A stretch of DNA of 64,000 nucleotides from Minisyncoccota bacterium (GCA_036517255.1 DATDXE010000014.1:9994-73993); one strand, 5' to 3'; counted from the first letter of the stretch, positions 31,303-39,833 are shown. The notes: generated by a model from the letters alone, not told the origin. Translations and numbers: made by a program.

Positions 31303-31860
31303 TTAATTCAATGTTTTATATAGAGGTTTGTCGAAGCTTTTGTGCATTTCGACGAATTCTTTTTTGGCCCTATGGGCGCGTACTCTGGCGGCGGCGCTCG
31401 ATATGCCTAGGAGTTTACCTATTTCTTTGAAAGATTTGCCAAGCATGTAGTGTAAATTTAGTATTTCAGAGGCGCCCCTGTCTATCCTGCCTAGAATAGA
31501 ACGAACATAATTGGTACTCTCTCGCACTTCAGCATCGCTTTCGACAGCGACTACGCTTACGATTTCCTCCGATAGAGGGATTTCCTTTGTGCGCCTCTTC
31601 CTTATTTGGTCGAGGATGCAGTTCTTCAGAATGGCGTTTGACCATTGTTTGAAATTTTTCTTGCCACTTTCGTTTTCGAGAAATTTCTTGCCATGTTTGT
31701 AAACTCGAACGAATGTTTCCTGGACTATGTCATCAGACTCGTCTTTTGAATGAGTCATTTTCCTTGCTATAGCAAGAAAGCGACCACTGTGCCGGTTGAA
31801 TAGCTCGGCGAACTGGGTCGGCTGTTTGTATGAAAGCTCTAATATTTCAAGATCACTCAT
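31303..31860 (-). CDS. ECF-type RNA polymerase sigma-70 family factor
   Basis: Region 2 (DDIVQETFVRVYKH) and region 4 HTH (SFKEIGKLLGISSAAARVRAHRAKKE). Confidence 0.75.
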   Translation of the reverse strand: MSDLEILELSYKQPTQFAELFNRHSGRFLAIARKMTHSKDESDDIVQETFVRVYKHGKKFLENESGKKNFKQWSNAILKNCILDQIRKRRTKEIPLSEEIVSVVAVESDAEVRESTNYVRSILGRIDRGASEILNLHYMLGKSFKEIGKLLGISSAAARVRAHRAKKEFVEMHKSFDKPLYKTLN

Positions 31861-32062
31861 TTAATATAAGCTTTAACTTCTTGCTTGTACTTGTATAACT
31901 CGAGCACAAGCTTAAATGTTACATACATAATACTCTTTGTAACTTTTGGTTTCAACTTTGAGTTATATAGGCACCGAGGTCGAATTATATATCCATGTGG
32001 CAAAAGGCACTTTACGAGGTGCCTTTTGTTTTGGCTTATTTTATAGTATATTTTTTCTCTAT

Positions 32063-32135
32063 CCGCCCGTAGCTCAGTCGGTAGAGCAGCTCCCTTTTAA
32101 GGAGAGGGTCGCAGGTTCGATTCCTGCCGGGCGGA
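32063..32135 (+). tRNA. tRNA-Lys (anticodon TTT), no encoded CCA
   Basis: Manual cloverleaf: acceptor ccgcccg/cgggcgg, anticodon loop cttttaa, T-loop ttcgatt. Confidence 0.85.
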
Positions 32136-32138
32136 CAA

Positions 32139-32543
32139 TTATAGTGGTAGGTCGAAAGCGAAGGCGCCGGCGCTGGAGAATAGAAGGGAGAGTGTGATAG
32201 CAAGAAGCATTGTGTAAAAGGCAAAATTGCGTTTAAGTAAATTTGGGTCTTTATACTCGATGTAACCTTCGGTCAGAGTGAGGAGTGCTAGAACTAAAGC
32301 GACTAACTGGGTGTAAAGACCGATAAATAGTAGAAGCCCGCCTACTATTTCAACTGTTCCCAAAATTTTTACCCATATGTGTGGGCGTGATATACCAAGA
32401 GACAGAAAAGAATTTACCCATCTTTCCTTCTCATTTTTGAAAGCTAGGCTGCCGAGGTTAACAAAAATAAGGCCTGCTACCAGCCTCAAAATAAAAGGAG
32501 CGAGCATGGAGTAGGTCAGTAGGTCTGGAAATACGTTTAACAT
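32139..32543 (-). CDS. DoxX-family membrane protein
   Basis: Four TM helices with DoxX-like pattern (LRLVAGLIFVNLG ... ILGTVEIVGGLLLFIGL). Confidence 0.6.
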   Translation of the reverse strand: MLNVFPDLLTYSMLAPFILRLVAGLIFVNLGSLAFKNEKERWVNSFLSLGISRPHIWVKILGTVEIVGGLLLFIGLYTQLVALVLALLTLTEGYIEYKDPNLLKRNFAFYTMLLAITLSLLFSSAGAFAFDLPL

Positions 32544-32560
32544 AAGGCTAGTATAACATT

Positions 32561-33040
32561 ATGAATACTGTTTTGATACTAAATAACATAAGAAGTAATG
32601 AAAATGTGGGCTCTATTTTTAGAACAGCCGATGCGGCAGGAGTGAGTAAAATTTACCTTTGTGGTTACACTCCCGCTCCCATAGATAGGTTTGGCAGAAA
32701 AAACAAAGCTCTTTCAAAATCAGCTTTGGGAGCGGAGGAGTTTGTGGGGTGGGAGAAATTAACTTCCTTAAAGAAGTTAATTCAAAGATTGAAAGAAGAA
32801 AAGATGGAAAGATTAGGGAAACAGAAATTTAAGATAGTTGCTGTGGAGCAAAGTGAATACTCAAAAAATTATAAAAAAATAAAATACCCAAAAAATGTTG
32901 CTTTTGTTTTTGGGAATGAAGTAACAGGCCTTTCTAAAAAAGATTTAGAAATGTGTGATGAAATTGTAGAAATCCCCATGAAAGGGAAGAAGGAGTCTCT
33001 CAATGTAGCCGTAGCAGTGGGGATAGTTTTGTTTAGATAA
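32561..33040 (+). CDS. SpoU/TrmH-family RNA 2'-O-methyltransferase
   Basis: NVGSIFRTADAAG, VFGNEVTGL, IPMKGKKESLNVAVAVGIVLF SPOUT motifs. Confidence 0.75.
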   Translation: MNTVLILNNIRSNENVGSIFRTADAAGVSKIYLCGYTPAPIDRFGRKNKALSKSALGAEEFVGWEKLTSLKKLIQRLKEEKMERLGKQKFKIVAVEQSEYSKNYKKIKYPKNVAFVFGNEVTGLSKKDLEMCDEIVEIPMKGKKESLNVAVAVGIVLFR

Positions 33041-33183
33041 TTCACCCCACCCTTTAAAATAAGGAGTTTATGGCATAAGTTTGCTTTTTGGGTTAAAATA
33101 TGATATGATTAGATGTAGATTGCAGAAAATGCCAAGAGGCAAATTTGCAATGATCTCACACAAAAAGGAGCTGTAAAAACGGT

Positions 33184-33861
33184 ATGACCGAACAACAGAC
33201 ACCGAAACTAATGGGGGTTCTCGTCGAGCACCAAGACGCATTCTCCCCGCTACCGATCGAAGACGCCCAATGGGTGATTCGGAATCCCAAAGAAGCAATC
33301 TCACTCTTCTTGATTGCGGTGAAAAACCGAGTACGAGAAGCGGCGACTACGATCAAAAACATTCTCTCTCCAGTCAAAAAGATCACCATCGCGGCGACGG
33401 CGGAGAAGAGGACGGAGGAGTGTTTCGCGGACAGCAAGAAGTACTACCGCGACCCCAGCGTTCTCTCGTTGCTTCCGGAATTTCAGCCAGCACGGGGGGT
33501 CGAGCAAGGGCAAGTGAGTCAGCTCAACGAGAGATCCAAGTTTTTGGGGATGGTGCAGAGTCTCCTCGGTGTAATGGAAGACGGTATCGCCGTTCTCTCA
33601 CGGCTCATCATTGAGTCTTTCCACATCTATACCTTGACCCAAATCGAGCAGCTCGTCGAGCGGCAAGAGGCAGGTGAGGATGTAGGCCTTCTCACGAACG
33701 GCTGGGGCAACTTCTTTCTGGTGCTGAATCGGGAAGGTAGCGTCTCGGTCGTCGATGTCATTCGGGCTGGCAGTCAGTGGCTCTTCTTCGCTTACGTCCT
33801 CGGCTTCGTCCGCGTCTGGTCTGTCGGGCGCCGCTTCTTCTCTCGCAACAAGACCCTGTGA
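33184..33861 (+). CDS. DGR target protein 1 (variable protein; VR at C-terminus), GC-rich
   Basis: 3' 111 nt match downstream TR 34116-34226 except at TR adenines; last 37 codons hypervariable-type Asn-derived positions. Confidence 0.8.
   Translation: MTEQQTPKLMGVLVEHQDAFSPLPIEDAQWVIRNPKEAISLFLIAVKNRVREAATTIKNILSPVKKITIAATAEKRTEECFADSKKYYRDPSVLSLLPEFQPARGVEQGQVSQLNERSKFLGMVQSLLGVMEDGIAVLSRLIIESFHIYTLTQIEQLVERQEAGEDVGLLTNGWGNFFLVLNREGSVSVVDVIRAGSQWLFFAYVLGFVRVWSVGRRFFSRNKTL
33739..33849 (+). repeat. DGR variable repeat VR1
   Basis: 111 nt aligned to TR1 with about 20 mismatches, every mismatch at a TR adenine (TR AAT/AAC codons). Confidence 0.9.
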
Positions 33862-33895
33862 TCCTTTGAATCTTTTTGGACACTTGGTCTTACTT

Positions 33896-33921
33896 CCCCA
33901 GTCTGTTTCGGCAGGCTGGGG
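33896..33921 (+). promoter_or_regulatory. GC hairpin 47 nt downstream of VR1 (ccccagtctg-tttcgg-caggctgggg), candidate DGR homing hairpin/cruciform
   Basis: 10-bp stem with one G-T position, located just 3' of VR/IMH as in characterised DGRs. Confidence 0.45.
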
Positions 33922-34115
33922 ATTTCATTTATAATAAATAAGAATACGCTGGCATCTTTGGGTTATTCTAAAGGTGGCGATTCAAAGCCAACAATTTTTG
34001 TCGGCTTCAAAAAATAAATAGTTGGTGCACTCCTTCAAGAAGTTAAAAACTTCAAAGGCGAAATCAACTCAGAGAGAATTCAATGAGTGGTGACTATAGA
34101 AGGTGGGGTGTACAA

Positions 34116-34226
34116 AGCGTCTCGGTCGTCAATGTCAATCGGAATGACAGTCAGTGGAACTTCTACGCTTACGACCTCGGCAACGACAACGTCTGGAATG
34201 TCGAGAACCGCTTCTTCTCTCGAAAC
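34116..34226 (+). repeat. DGR template repeat TR1 (adenine-rich, noncoding)
   Basis: Invariant partner of VR1; contains AAC/AAT at all variable positions. Confidence 0.9.
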
Positions 34227-34597
34227 TATCTGTTTTCCCCAAAGGAATTAACTCCTGAGGGGTTTTTCTTTTCTAAATATTCTTTCCAACCAGAGAGCAT
34301 TTTGCCTGCATCTACCAGTACTGGAGAAATTCTTACATATTTTTTGTCTACAAGTATTTTACATTCCCACATGAGGAGAAGGAAAAACTTGGCCAAATCA
34401 TTTTTTATCATAGCCTCTGATACCAGTTCAATTTTTCGAATTCCTTTGCTGTAGGCGGCTCTAAAAGTAAGATCGAGAGTTTCTAAAAGAAGTCTGTCTA
34501 TTTTTACCCCTATCGTTTGCCTGTGGCTTTTAGAAATGTGAGGAAGTATCTCCTGCCAGACCTTATACCCAAGTTTTAAACACTCTAGCACTGGCAA
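34226..34597 (-). CDS. avd: Avd-like accessory variability determinant (four-helix-bundle protein), TTG start, stop overlaps TR1 end
   Basis: 123 aa, basic helical protein with Avd/23S-IVS four-helix-bundle pattern (YKVWQ..., LLLMWECKIL); between TR and RT. Confidence 0.6.
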   Translation of the reverse strand: MPVLECLKLGYKVWQEILPHISKSHRQTIGVKIDRLLLETLDLTFRAAYSKGIRKIELVSEAMIKNDLAKFFLLLMWECKILVDKKYVRISPVLVDAGKMLSGWKEYLEKKNPSGVNSFGENR

Positions 34598-34605
34598 AGA
34601 GCTGC

Positions 34606-34613
34606 GGGGGGGG
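34606..34613. repeat. G8 homopolymer tract between avd1 start and RT1 start
   Basis: gctgcggggggggtagc in otherwise AT-rich spacer; paralogous G10 tract at same position in second cassette. Confidence 0.8.
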
Positions 34614-34626
34614 TAGCATTTGAGGA

Positions 34627-35640
34627 ATGAAAATTCAGCTTGCTCACAGTTATGATGATATCATTTCAATCAAAAATTTACTCGAAGCTTGGGAAGAATT
34701 TATACCGGGGAAAAGAAATAAAGAAGATGTGGCTAAGTTTGCTCTCGACTTGATGGATAATATTGTTTCCCTGCATAAGGATTTGGAGAGCAAAAAATAT
34801 AGACATGGTGCCTATACTGCTTTCAATATATCTGATCCAAAACCTAGGAATATTCACAAAGCTAATGTGAGAGATAGGCTATTGCATCGCGCTTTGTACA
34901 GAATCCTTTACCCTCATTTTGACAAAACTTTTTATTCAGAATCATATTCGTGCCGAGTAAATAAAGGTACTCACAAAGCGATGAATAAGTTTAGGAAATT
35001 TGCCAAGAAAGAATCTTTGAATCACTCAAAAACTCTATGGATATTAAAATGTGATATAAGAAAATTTTTTGCTTCCATTGACCACAATATTTTGTGTAAA
35101 ATTGTCGAAAAATACATACCCGATCAAAATATAAACTGGCTACTTACTGAAATTATTGAGAGTTTCCATTCTACTCAAAGAGGTTTCGGCTTACCTTTGG
35201 GTAATGTAACTTCACAGGTATTGGTGAATATTTATATGAATGAATTTGATACTTGGGTAAAACATGTAATGAAAATAAAATATTATATTAGGTATGCGGA
35301 TGATTTTCTGATTTTAAATAAAGATAAAGATTATTTACTCGAGCTTATTCCAAAAATTGCAGATTTTCTGGAAGAAAATTTAAAACTTTCTCTACATCCC
35401 CAAAAGGTTTCTATTCAAACTTTTGCCTCAGGGACTGACTTTCTAGGTTGGGTAAATTTTGTTGATCACAAAGTGTTGCGCACAAGTACAAAAAGAAGAT
35501 TACTCAAAGCTTTATCACAGAGTGAAAATATAAATGTCTTACAATCTTACAGTAGCCTTTTGAAACATGGGAATCAATTTAGGCTTAAAAGTAAGATAAA
35601 TGAAAAAATTGAGATTTTAAGAGGGGGAGTTAATAATTAA
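34627..35640 (+). CDS. DGR reverse transcriptase 1
   Basis: RT motifs: NISDPKPRNIHKANVRDRLLH, IRKFFASIDH, GLPLGNVTSQVLVNIYMNEFD, IRYADDFLIL (YADD catalytic motif); adjacent TR/VR. Confidence 0.85.
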   Translation: MKIQLAHSYDDIISIKNLLEAWEEFIPGKRNKEDVAKFALDLMDNIVSLHKDLESKKYRHGAYTAFNISDPKPRNIHKANVRDRLLHRALYRILYPHFDKTFYSESYSCRVNKGTHKAMNKFRKFAKKESLNHSKTLWILKCDIRKFFASIDHNILCKIVEKYIPDQNINWLLTEIIESFHSTQRGFGLPLGNVTSQVLVNIYMNEFDTWVKHVMKIKYYIRYADDFLILNKDKDYLLELIPKIADFLEENLKLSLHPQKVSIQTFASGTDFLGWVNFVDHKVLRTSTKRRLLKALSQSENINVLQSYSSLLKHGNQFRLKSKINEKIEILRGGVNN

Positions 35641-36559
35641 TTTTGACTTCGGAGATGAGGAGACCTTCGCGATCGCGGAGCTGGATAGTTTCTCTTTTGT
35701 TCCGCCAGAGCGGGCCGAAGCGTTCGAGGTATATGTACCACTCTCTGCCGGCAAAATCGGAATCGTACTTATAATTTGCAACGCAGGAATTGTAATTTAT
35801 TTTAGTTTCTAAATATATTCTGCAACCTGAAGGTAGGGGAGGCTCTATTTTGTTTAAGTTTCTAGGCTCGGTGCAAACTTGAAGGCGGTCAATGTAGTCG
35901 AGGCAACGGTCGTTCTCGTCCATGTCGCTGGAGAATGTCGGTAAATCGACATCGTCAGCGCTTGGACACTGTCTTCCTATGTATGGATAGAAAGTCCTAT
36001 CTTGAGCAAAGTAACCAGTGCATTTGTTTGTTCTGAAAGAAGTATTGATAGGAGAAAAACCTTTGATGATGTAAATACTCTCACCTTGCTTCACTACTAT
36101 GTTTTCAGTGCCTTTAATGTAAGGAAATGGCAGAGTCGAAGCTTTGCCGATAACGGCGGTATTGTTAGTCACAGTGCTTTTGAAATACCAACCAGTGATG
36201 TCGACATACTCATTCTTTTGTAGGTTGTTATTCAGAGTAAAATATTCTTTGCTTGGATCGGGATCGCCAAGGCCGGCAGGGGAGTAAAGATAAAATTTGC
36301 CATAGTATGGTGACCTATTTAATTCACCCACCTTCTTTTCTATCTCCTCTACTGTTTTTTCAGCATTTTGGATTTGCTCGATTGCAGTAGAAGCTTCTTT
36401 TTCTTCCTCATAATTTTGAGGGCTGTTATTTATAGAAGAAGTGCCAAAAAAACTGCCGCCTCCTGATCCAGAATAACTACCTTTAAAATTATCCCAGCCC
36501 AAACCCATGATAATTACTATGGCAACTATGATCACTATTCCATCCTTGTTTCCTTTCAT
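35630..36559 (-). CDS. hypothetical secreted protein (N-terminal TM anchor, Cys-containing C-terminal domain)
   Basis: Hydrophobic N-terminus IVIIVAIVIIMGL; convergent with RT1 (11-nt overlap). Confidence 0.4.
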   Translation of the reverse strand: MKGNKDGIVIIVAIVIIMGLGWDNFKGSYSGSGGGSFFGTSSINNSPQNYEEEKEASTAIEQIQNAEKTVEEIEKKVGELNRSPYYGKFYLYSPAGLGDPDPSKEYFTLNNNLQKNEYVDITGWYFKSTVTNNTAVIGKASTLPFPYIKGTENIVVKQGESIYIIKGFSPINTSFRTNKCTGYFAQDRTFYPYIGRQCPSADDVDLPTFSSDMDENDRCLDYIDRLQVCTEPRNLNKIEPPLPSGCRIYLETKINYNSCVANYKYDSDFAGREWYIYLERFGPLWRNKRETIQLRDREGLLISEVKINY

Positions 36560-36576
36560 TTAATTTATCTTTTTTA

Positions 36577-37443
36577 TCAAAATTTTATTTGATGCTTGGG
36601 GCAAAAGTGGGCGCTTCGGCCCTTGACCACTAACCTCTCTATTATAGCTCCTTTTTTATTTCGACATCCTGGTTTTGGGCATTGTTCTTTTCTTTTACCA
36701 TAAACTTTGTGAAAATTTTGAAAGTTGCCCTTCTTGCCGAAAGCGTTGAGATAATCGGATTTGGAGTCGCCGCCGTGTTTGATGGAGAAACGCAGAATTT
36801 TCTGCATCACTTTAAACATTTCTCCGAATTTATTTTTAGGGATTTTGCCGGTATGAGAGAGGGGGTGTATACCTATTTCCCAAAGTATTTCGTCGGAATA
36901 AATATTGCCTATACCGGCTAATACGGTTTGGTCGAGCAAAGCTGATTTGATCGGCCAACTTTTCCTTTTTTGAAGTTGAGTAAGAAGTTTTTCTGCACTG
37001 AAACTTTTTGAGAGTGGTTCGGGTCCCAATTTACCTACCGTCTCATGTTTCTCTAACCCTTCTGTTTTACAGAAAGTGACAGAGGCGAACTTTCGCATGT
37101 CGGAGAGGACTAGATTTTGGGAATTTTTAAGTTTGAAAATAAGATGCACAAATTTATCTTTTACTCCGTACATCAGATGCCCCGTCATTTTCATATGCAC
37201 TATGAAGGTATAGTCGTTGCTTAAGTGAACTAAAATATTTTTACCTCGCCTCTCCACTGATTTTATTTTTGCCCCTTTTACTAATTTCCTAAATTTCTCA
37301 AAATATTTTTTGTTTTTTATGGTCTGCCTCTTGCCATGACTCGTGCCCACATGAAAATCGGACCATACGTCCGTAATGGTTTTGCCTACTATCACTCCTT
37401 TCAAACCTTCTACCGTCGTATGTACTTCAGGCAGTTCTGGCAT
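36577..37443 (-). CDS. mutM: formamidopyrimidine-DNA glycosylase (Fpg/MutM/Nei family)
   Basis: N-terminal MPELPEVHT catalytic Pro-Glu, H2TH region, C-terminal zinc finger CPKPGC...CPKHQ. Confidence 0.8.
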   Translation of the reverse strand: MPELPEVHTTVEGLKGVIVGKTITDVWSDFHVGTSHGKRQTIKNKKYFEKFRKLVKGAKIKSVERRGKNILVHLSNDYTFIVHMKMTGHLMYGVKDKFVHLIFKLKNSQNLVLSDMRKFASVTFCKTEGLEKHETVGKLGPEPLSKSFSAEKLLTQLQKRKSWPIKSALLDQTVLAGIGNIYSDEILWEIGIHPLSHTGKIPKNKFGEMFKVMQKILRFSIKHGGDSKSDYLNAFGKKGNFQNFHKVYGKRKEQCPKPGCRNKKGAIIERLVVKGRSAHFCPKHQIKF

Positions 37444-37452
37444 ACTTTTTCT

Positions 37453-38832
37453 TTATAATTTCAATACTTTTTGGAGTTCTTCTCTTGCGACTGTCGCATC
37501 GTCCCAAGGTTCTTTGGTGCCATTAGGGCCGCAGATGTACGGGTCGGTGCCTTTGCCAGTAATGAGGACGGCTACTTTAATTTCTTTATTTAATTTAGTT
37601 TTGGCAAGAGCAGATTTGATGGCGGTACGGATGGCTTTCCTTCTGTCCATAATTATTTCTGGTTTATTCTTAAGCACGCCTTTCTTCATATCTTCCAGGA
37701 TTTGTTTCGGATCCTCATCGTAAGGATCCTCATTTGTGAGAATTATTTCACTGCAATAATCGTCGGCGATTTTAGCCATCATAGGCCTCTTCCATTTATC
37801 CCTACCTCCCCCAGTGTTGCCTAGAACCGCGATAATATAAGTTTCTTTGTATGTTTCGTATACCGCCTTTAGTGAATCGGGAGTGTGAGCGTAGTCGACT
37901 ACTACATCGAATCCGCCATCCGCCAGCTGGCGGAGCGGATTGACCGCTAATTCTATTTTTTCCATCCTGCCTCTTACCGTGTGTACGTTTTCAAGGCCTT
38001 TTTTTATGGCTTCCTCGCTTATGCCTAGGAATTTGGCACATGCTATGGCGCCGAGCATGTTGTAGACGTTGAACTCGCCCGGAAGACTTGAATGAATAAC
38101 CGTTTTGTCGATTTGGAAAGAAGAACCGCTATCGCTTGTGTGCATATTGAAAGCATCGGAGAGGGAATAGGTGATTTTGTTCTTCACCTTTAAATTTAAA
38201 AACCTTTCTGCTTCTTTATCGTCTTTGTTGATTATAAGGGCTGGATAAGCAGAAAAAGTTTCTTTAAAAAGTCCTCGGTTCTCCGAGCTAGAGCTCGGCC
38301 AGACTTTTTCTATAAACTTTTTCTGCTTACCTGCCTCCAGTTCGCGGGCGATAGAAAGCTTGGCTTCGACATATTTTTCGTAAGAGCCGTGGGATTCTAT
38401 ATGCTCGGGAGCCAGGTTGGTAAAAATGAGAGCATCGACGTCAATAAATTTGTGGCGGAACTGCTTGGCTCCTTCGCTTGTCAGCTCGAGGACGGCATGG
38501 CTGCAACCGGCTTTCACGGCATCGGAGAGGAAATTTTGCATAAAAAATCTGCCTGGCATGGACATTTTGTACATGTTGCGACTTTCTTTTTCTCCAATTT
38601 TAAAGCGCACTGTGTTTTGGAGAGCAGTTTTGTAACCAGCACTTTCTAAAATAGAATTGATGAGCTCGGTCGTGGTGGACTTACCTTTGGTGCCTGTCAC
38701 CCCTACTACTATAAGTTTGCGAGAAGGGAAGGAGTAAAGTAGAGCGCCCACGAGAGCAAGGAGGTAGTGGTAGGTAGGCTGAAAGAATTCGAATATTTGC
38801 CTTGGTATTATTTTTTTAAGTATTCCTAACAT
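37453..38832 (-). CDS. murE: Mur ligase, most similar to UDP-N-acetylmuramoyl-tripeptide synthetase MurE
   Basis: GVTGTKGKSTTT P-loop, LELTSEGAKQFR, FTNLAPEHIESHG, DYAHTPDSL motifs. Confidence 0.6.
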   Translation of the reverse strand: MLGILKKIIPRQIFEFFQPTYHYLLALVGALLYSFPSRKLIVVGVTGTKGKSTTTELINSILESAGYKTALQNTVRFKIGEKESRNMYKMSMPGRFFMQNFLSDAVKAGCSHAVLELTSEGAKQFRHKFIDVDALIFTNLAPEHIESHGSYEKYVEAKLSIARELEAGKQKKFIEKVWPSSSSENRGLFKETFSAYPALIINKDDKEAERFLNLKVKNKITYSLSDAFNMHTSDSGSSFQIDKTVIHSSLPGEFNVYNMLGAIACAKFLGISEEAIKKGLENVHTVRGRMEKIELAVNPLRQLADGGFDVVVDYAHTPDSLKAVYETYKETYIIAVLGNTGGGRDKWKRPMMAKIADDYCSEIILTNEDPYDEDPKQILEDMKKGVLKNKPEIIMDRRKAIRTAIKSALAKTKLNKEIKVAVLITGKGTDPYICGPNGTKEPWDDATVAREELQKVLKL

Positions 38833-38852
38833 AAATTCAATTAGAAATTAGT

Positions 38853-39419
38853 TTAATTTTTCCCTAACATCTTCAAAGCTCCTTTTATTTTCTCATTAGC
38901 ACCGGAAAGATTTTGAGGCAAATTTTTAATCACATCTTTCACTTCATGCTCTCGATAACCTAGCGCGCGTAGAGCTTCGAAGACATCGAGATCGTCCTTC
39001 AAGCCCTCGCTCATTTCGTGAGTGGCTACTTTACCAGAAAGTTCGAGGACTAGCTTGTCAGCAGTTTTCTTGCCCACACCTGAAATTTTGGTCAGGATGG
39101 AAGTGTTGCCTGAAATTATGGCGTCTTCAATATTTTTCAGGCCGGCTACTGAAAGGAGAGCTAGAGCTGATTTGGGGCCGATGCCGGAAACGGAAATCAA
39201 TTTTTCAAACATAATGAGTTCTTCTTCGGTTTCAAACCCGTAAAGTGAAATATCATTTTCCCTCACCGCTGTATGGGTCCAAAAGTTTGTCTCTTTTCCT
39301 ACCTTTTGTTTGCCGAGTGTATTTATGGTCGAGTGAATAATGAAACCCACACCTCCTACCGAAACCAACACTCTTTGAGGAGAAGCATCTATAACTTTGC
39401 CAGTAATGAAGCCAATCAT
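38853..39419 (-). CDS. ruvA: Holliday junction DNA helicase RuvA
   Basis: MIGFITGKV start, OB-fold, HhH motifs GIGPKSALALL / GVGKKTADKL, C-terminal domain III. Confidence 0.8.
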   Translation of the reverse strand: MIGFITGKVIDASPQRVLVSVGGVGFIIHSTINTLGKQKVGKETNFWTHTAVRENDISLYGFETEEELIMFEKLISVSGIGPKSALALLSVAGLKNIEDAIISGNTSILTKISGVGKKTADKLVLELSGKVATHEMSEGLKDDLDVFEALRALGYREHEVKDVIKNLPQNLSGANEKIKGALKMLGKN

Positions 39420-39575
39420 GGCATTAATATACCAGAAACTATGGCTGTTTGCTTTGTTTTAGTTGTTCTGTTATTATTGATGAATTAATGGAGTTCAGAC
39501 TGATTTTTCTTTAAGTTATGAGAAAAATCAGTCTGGCGATTTTTATAGTCGTTCCACTCCTTAAAAATCAGCCAT

Positions 39576-39833
39576 ATGCCTATAACAAAAGGAGCCAAAA
39601 AAGCACTCAGAGCTTCGAAAAAGAAGCGGGTTTTTAATTTGAAAAGAAAGAATGAAATGCAGTCGGTCATCAAAGAGTATAAAAAATTAGTCTCTGAAAA
39701 AAAGAATGACGAGGCTAAGAAACTTTTACCCGCACTCCAAAAAGCAATCGATAAAGCCAAAAAGAAGGGAATCATCAAAGGTAACAACGCTAGCCGCAAG
39801 AAGAGCCGGCTGATGAAGAAACTGAAAGTCTAA
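39576..39833 (+). CDS. rpsT: 30S ribosomal protein S20
   Basis: MPITKGAKKALRASKKKRVFNLKRKNEM... canonical S20. Confidence 0.8.
   Translation: MPITKGAKKALRASKKKRVFNLKRKNEMQSVIKEYKKLVSEKKNDEAKKLLPALQKAIDKAKKKGIIKGNNASRKKSRLMKKLKV

Noticed and set aside
34083-34454. Plus-strand ORF (123 aa) starting inside TR1
   Set aside because: It is simply the in-frame translation of the template repeat (copying the target's C-terminal frame) running into the antisense of avd. TRs are noncoding, and the real gene here is avd on the minus strand.
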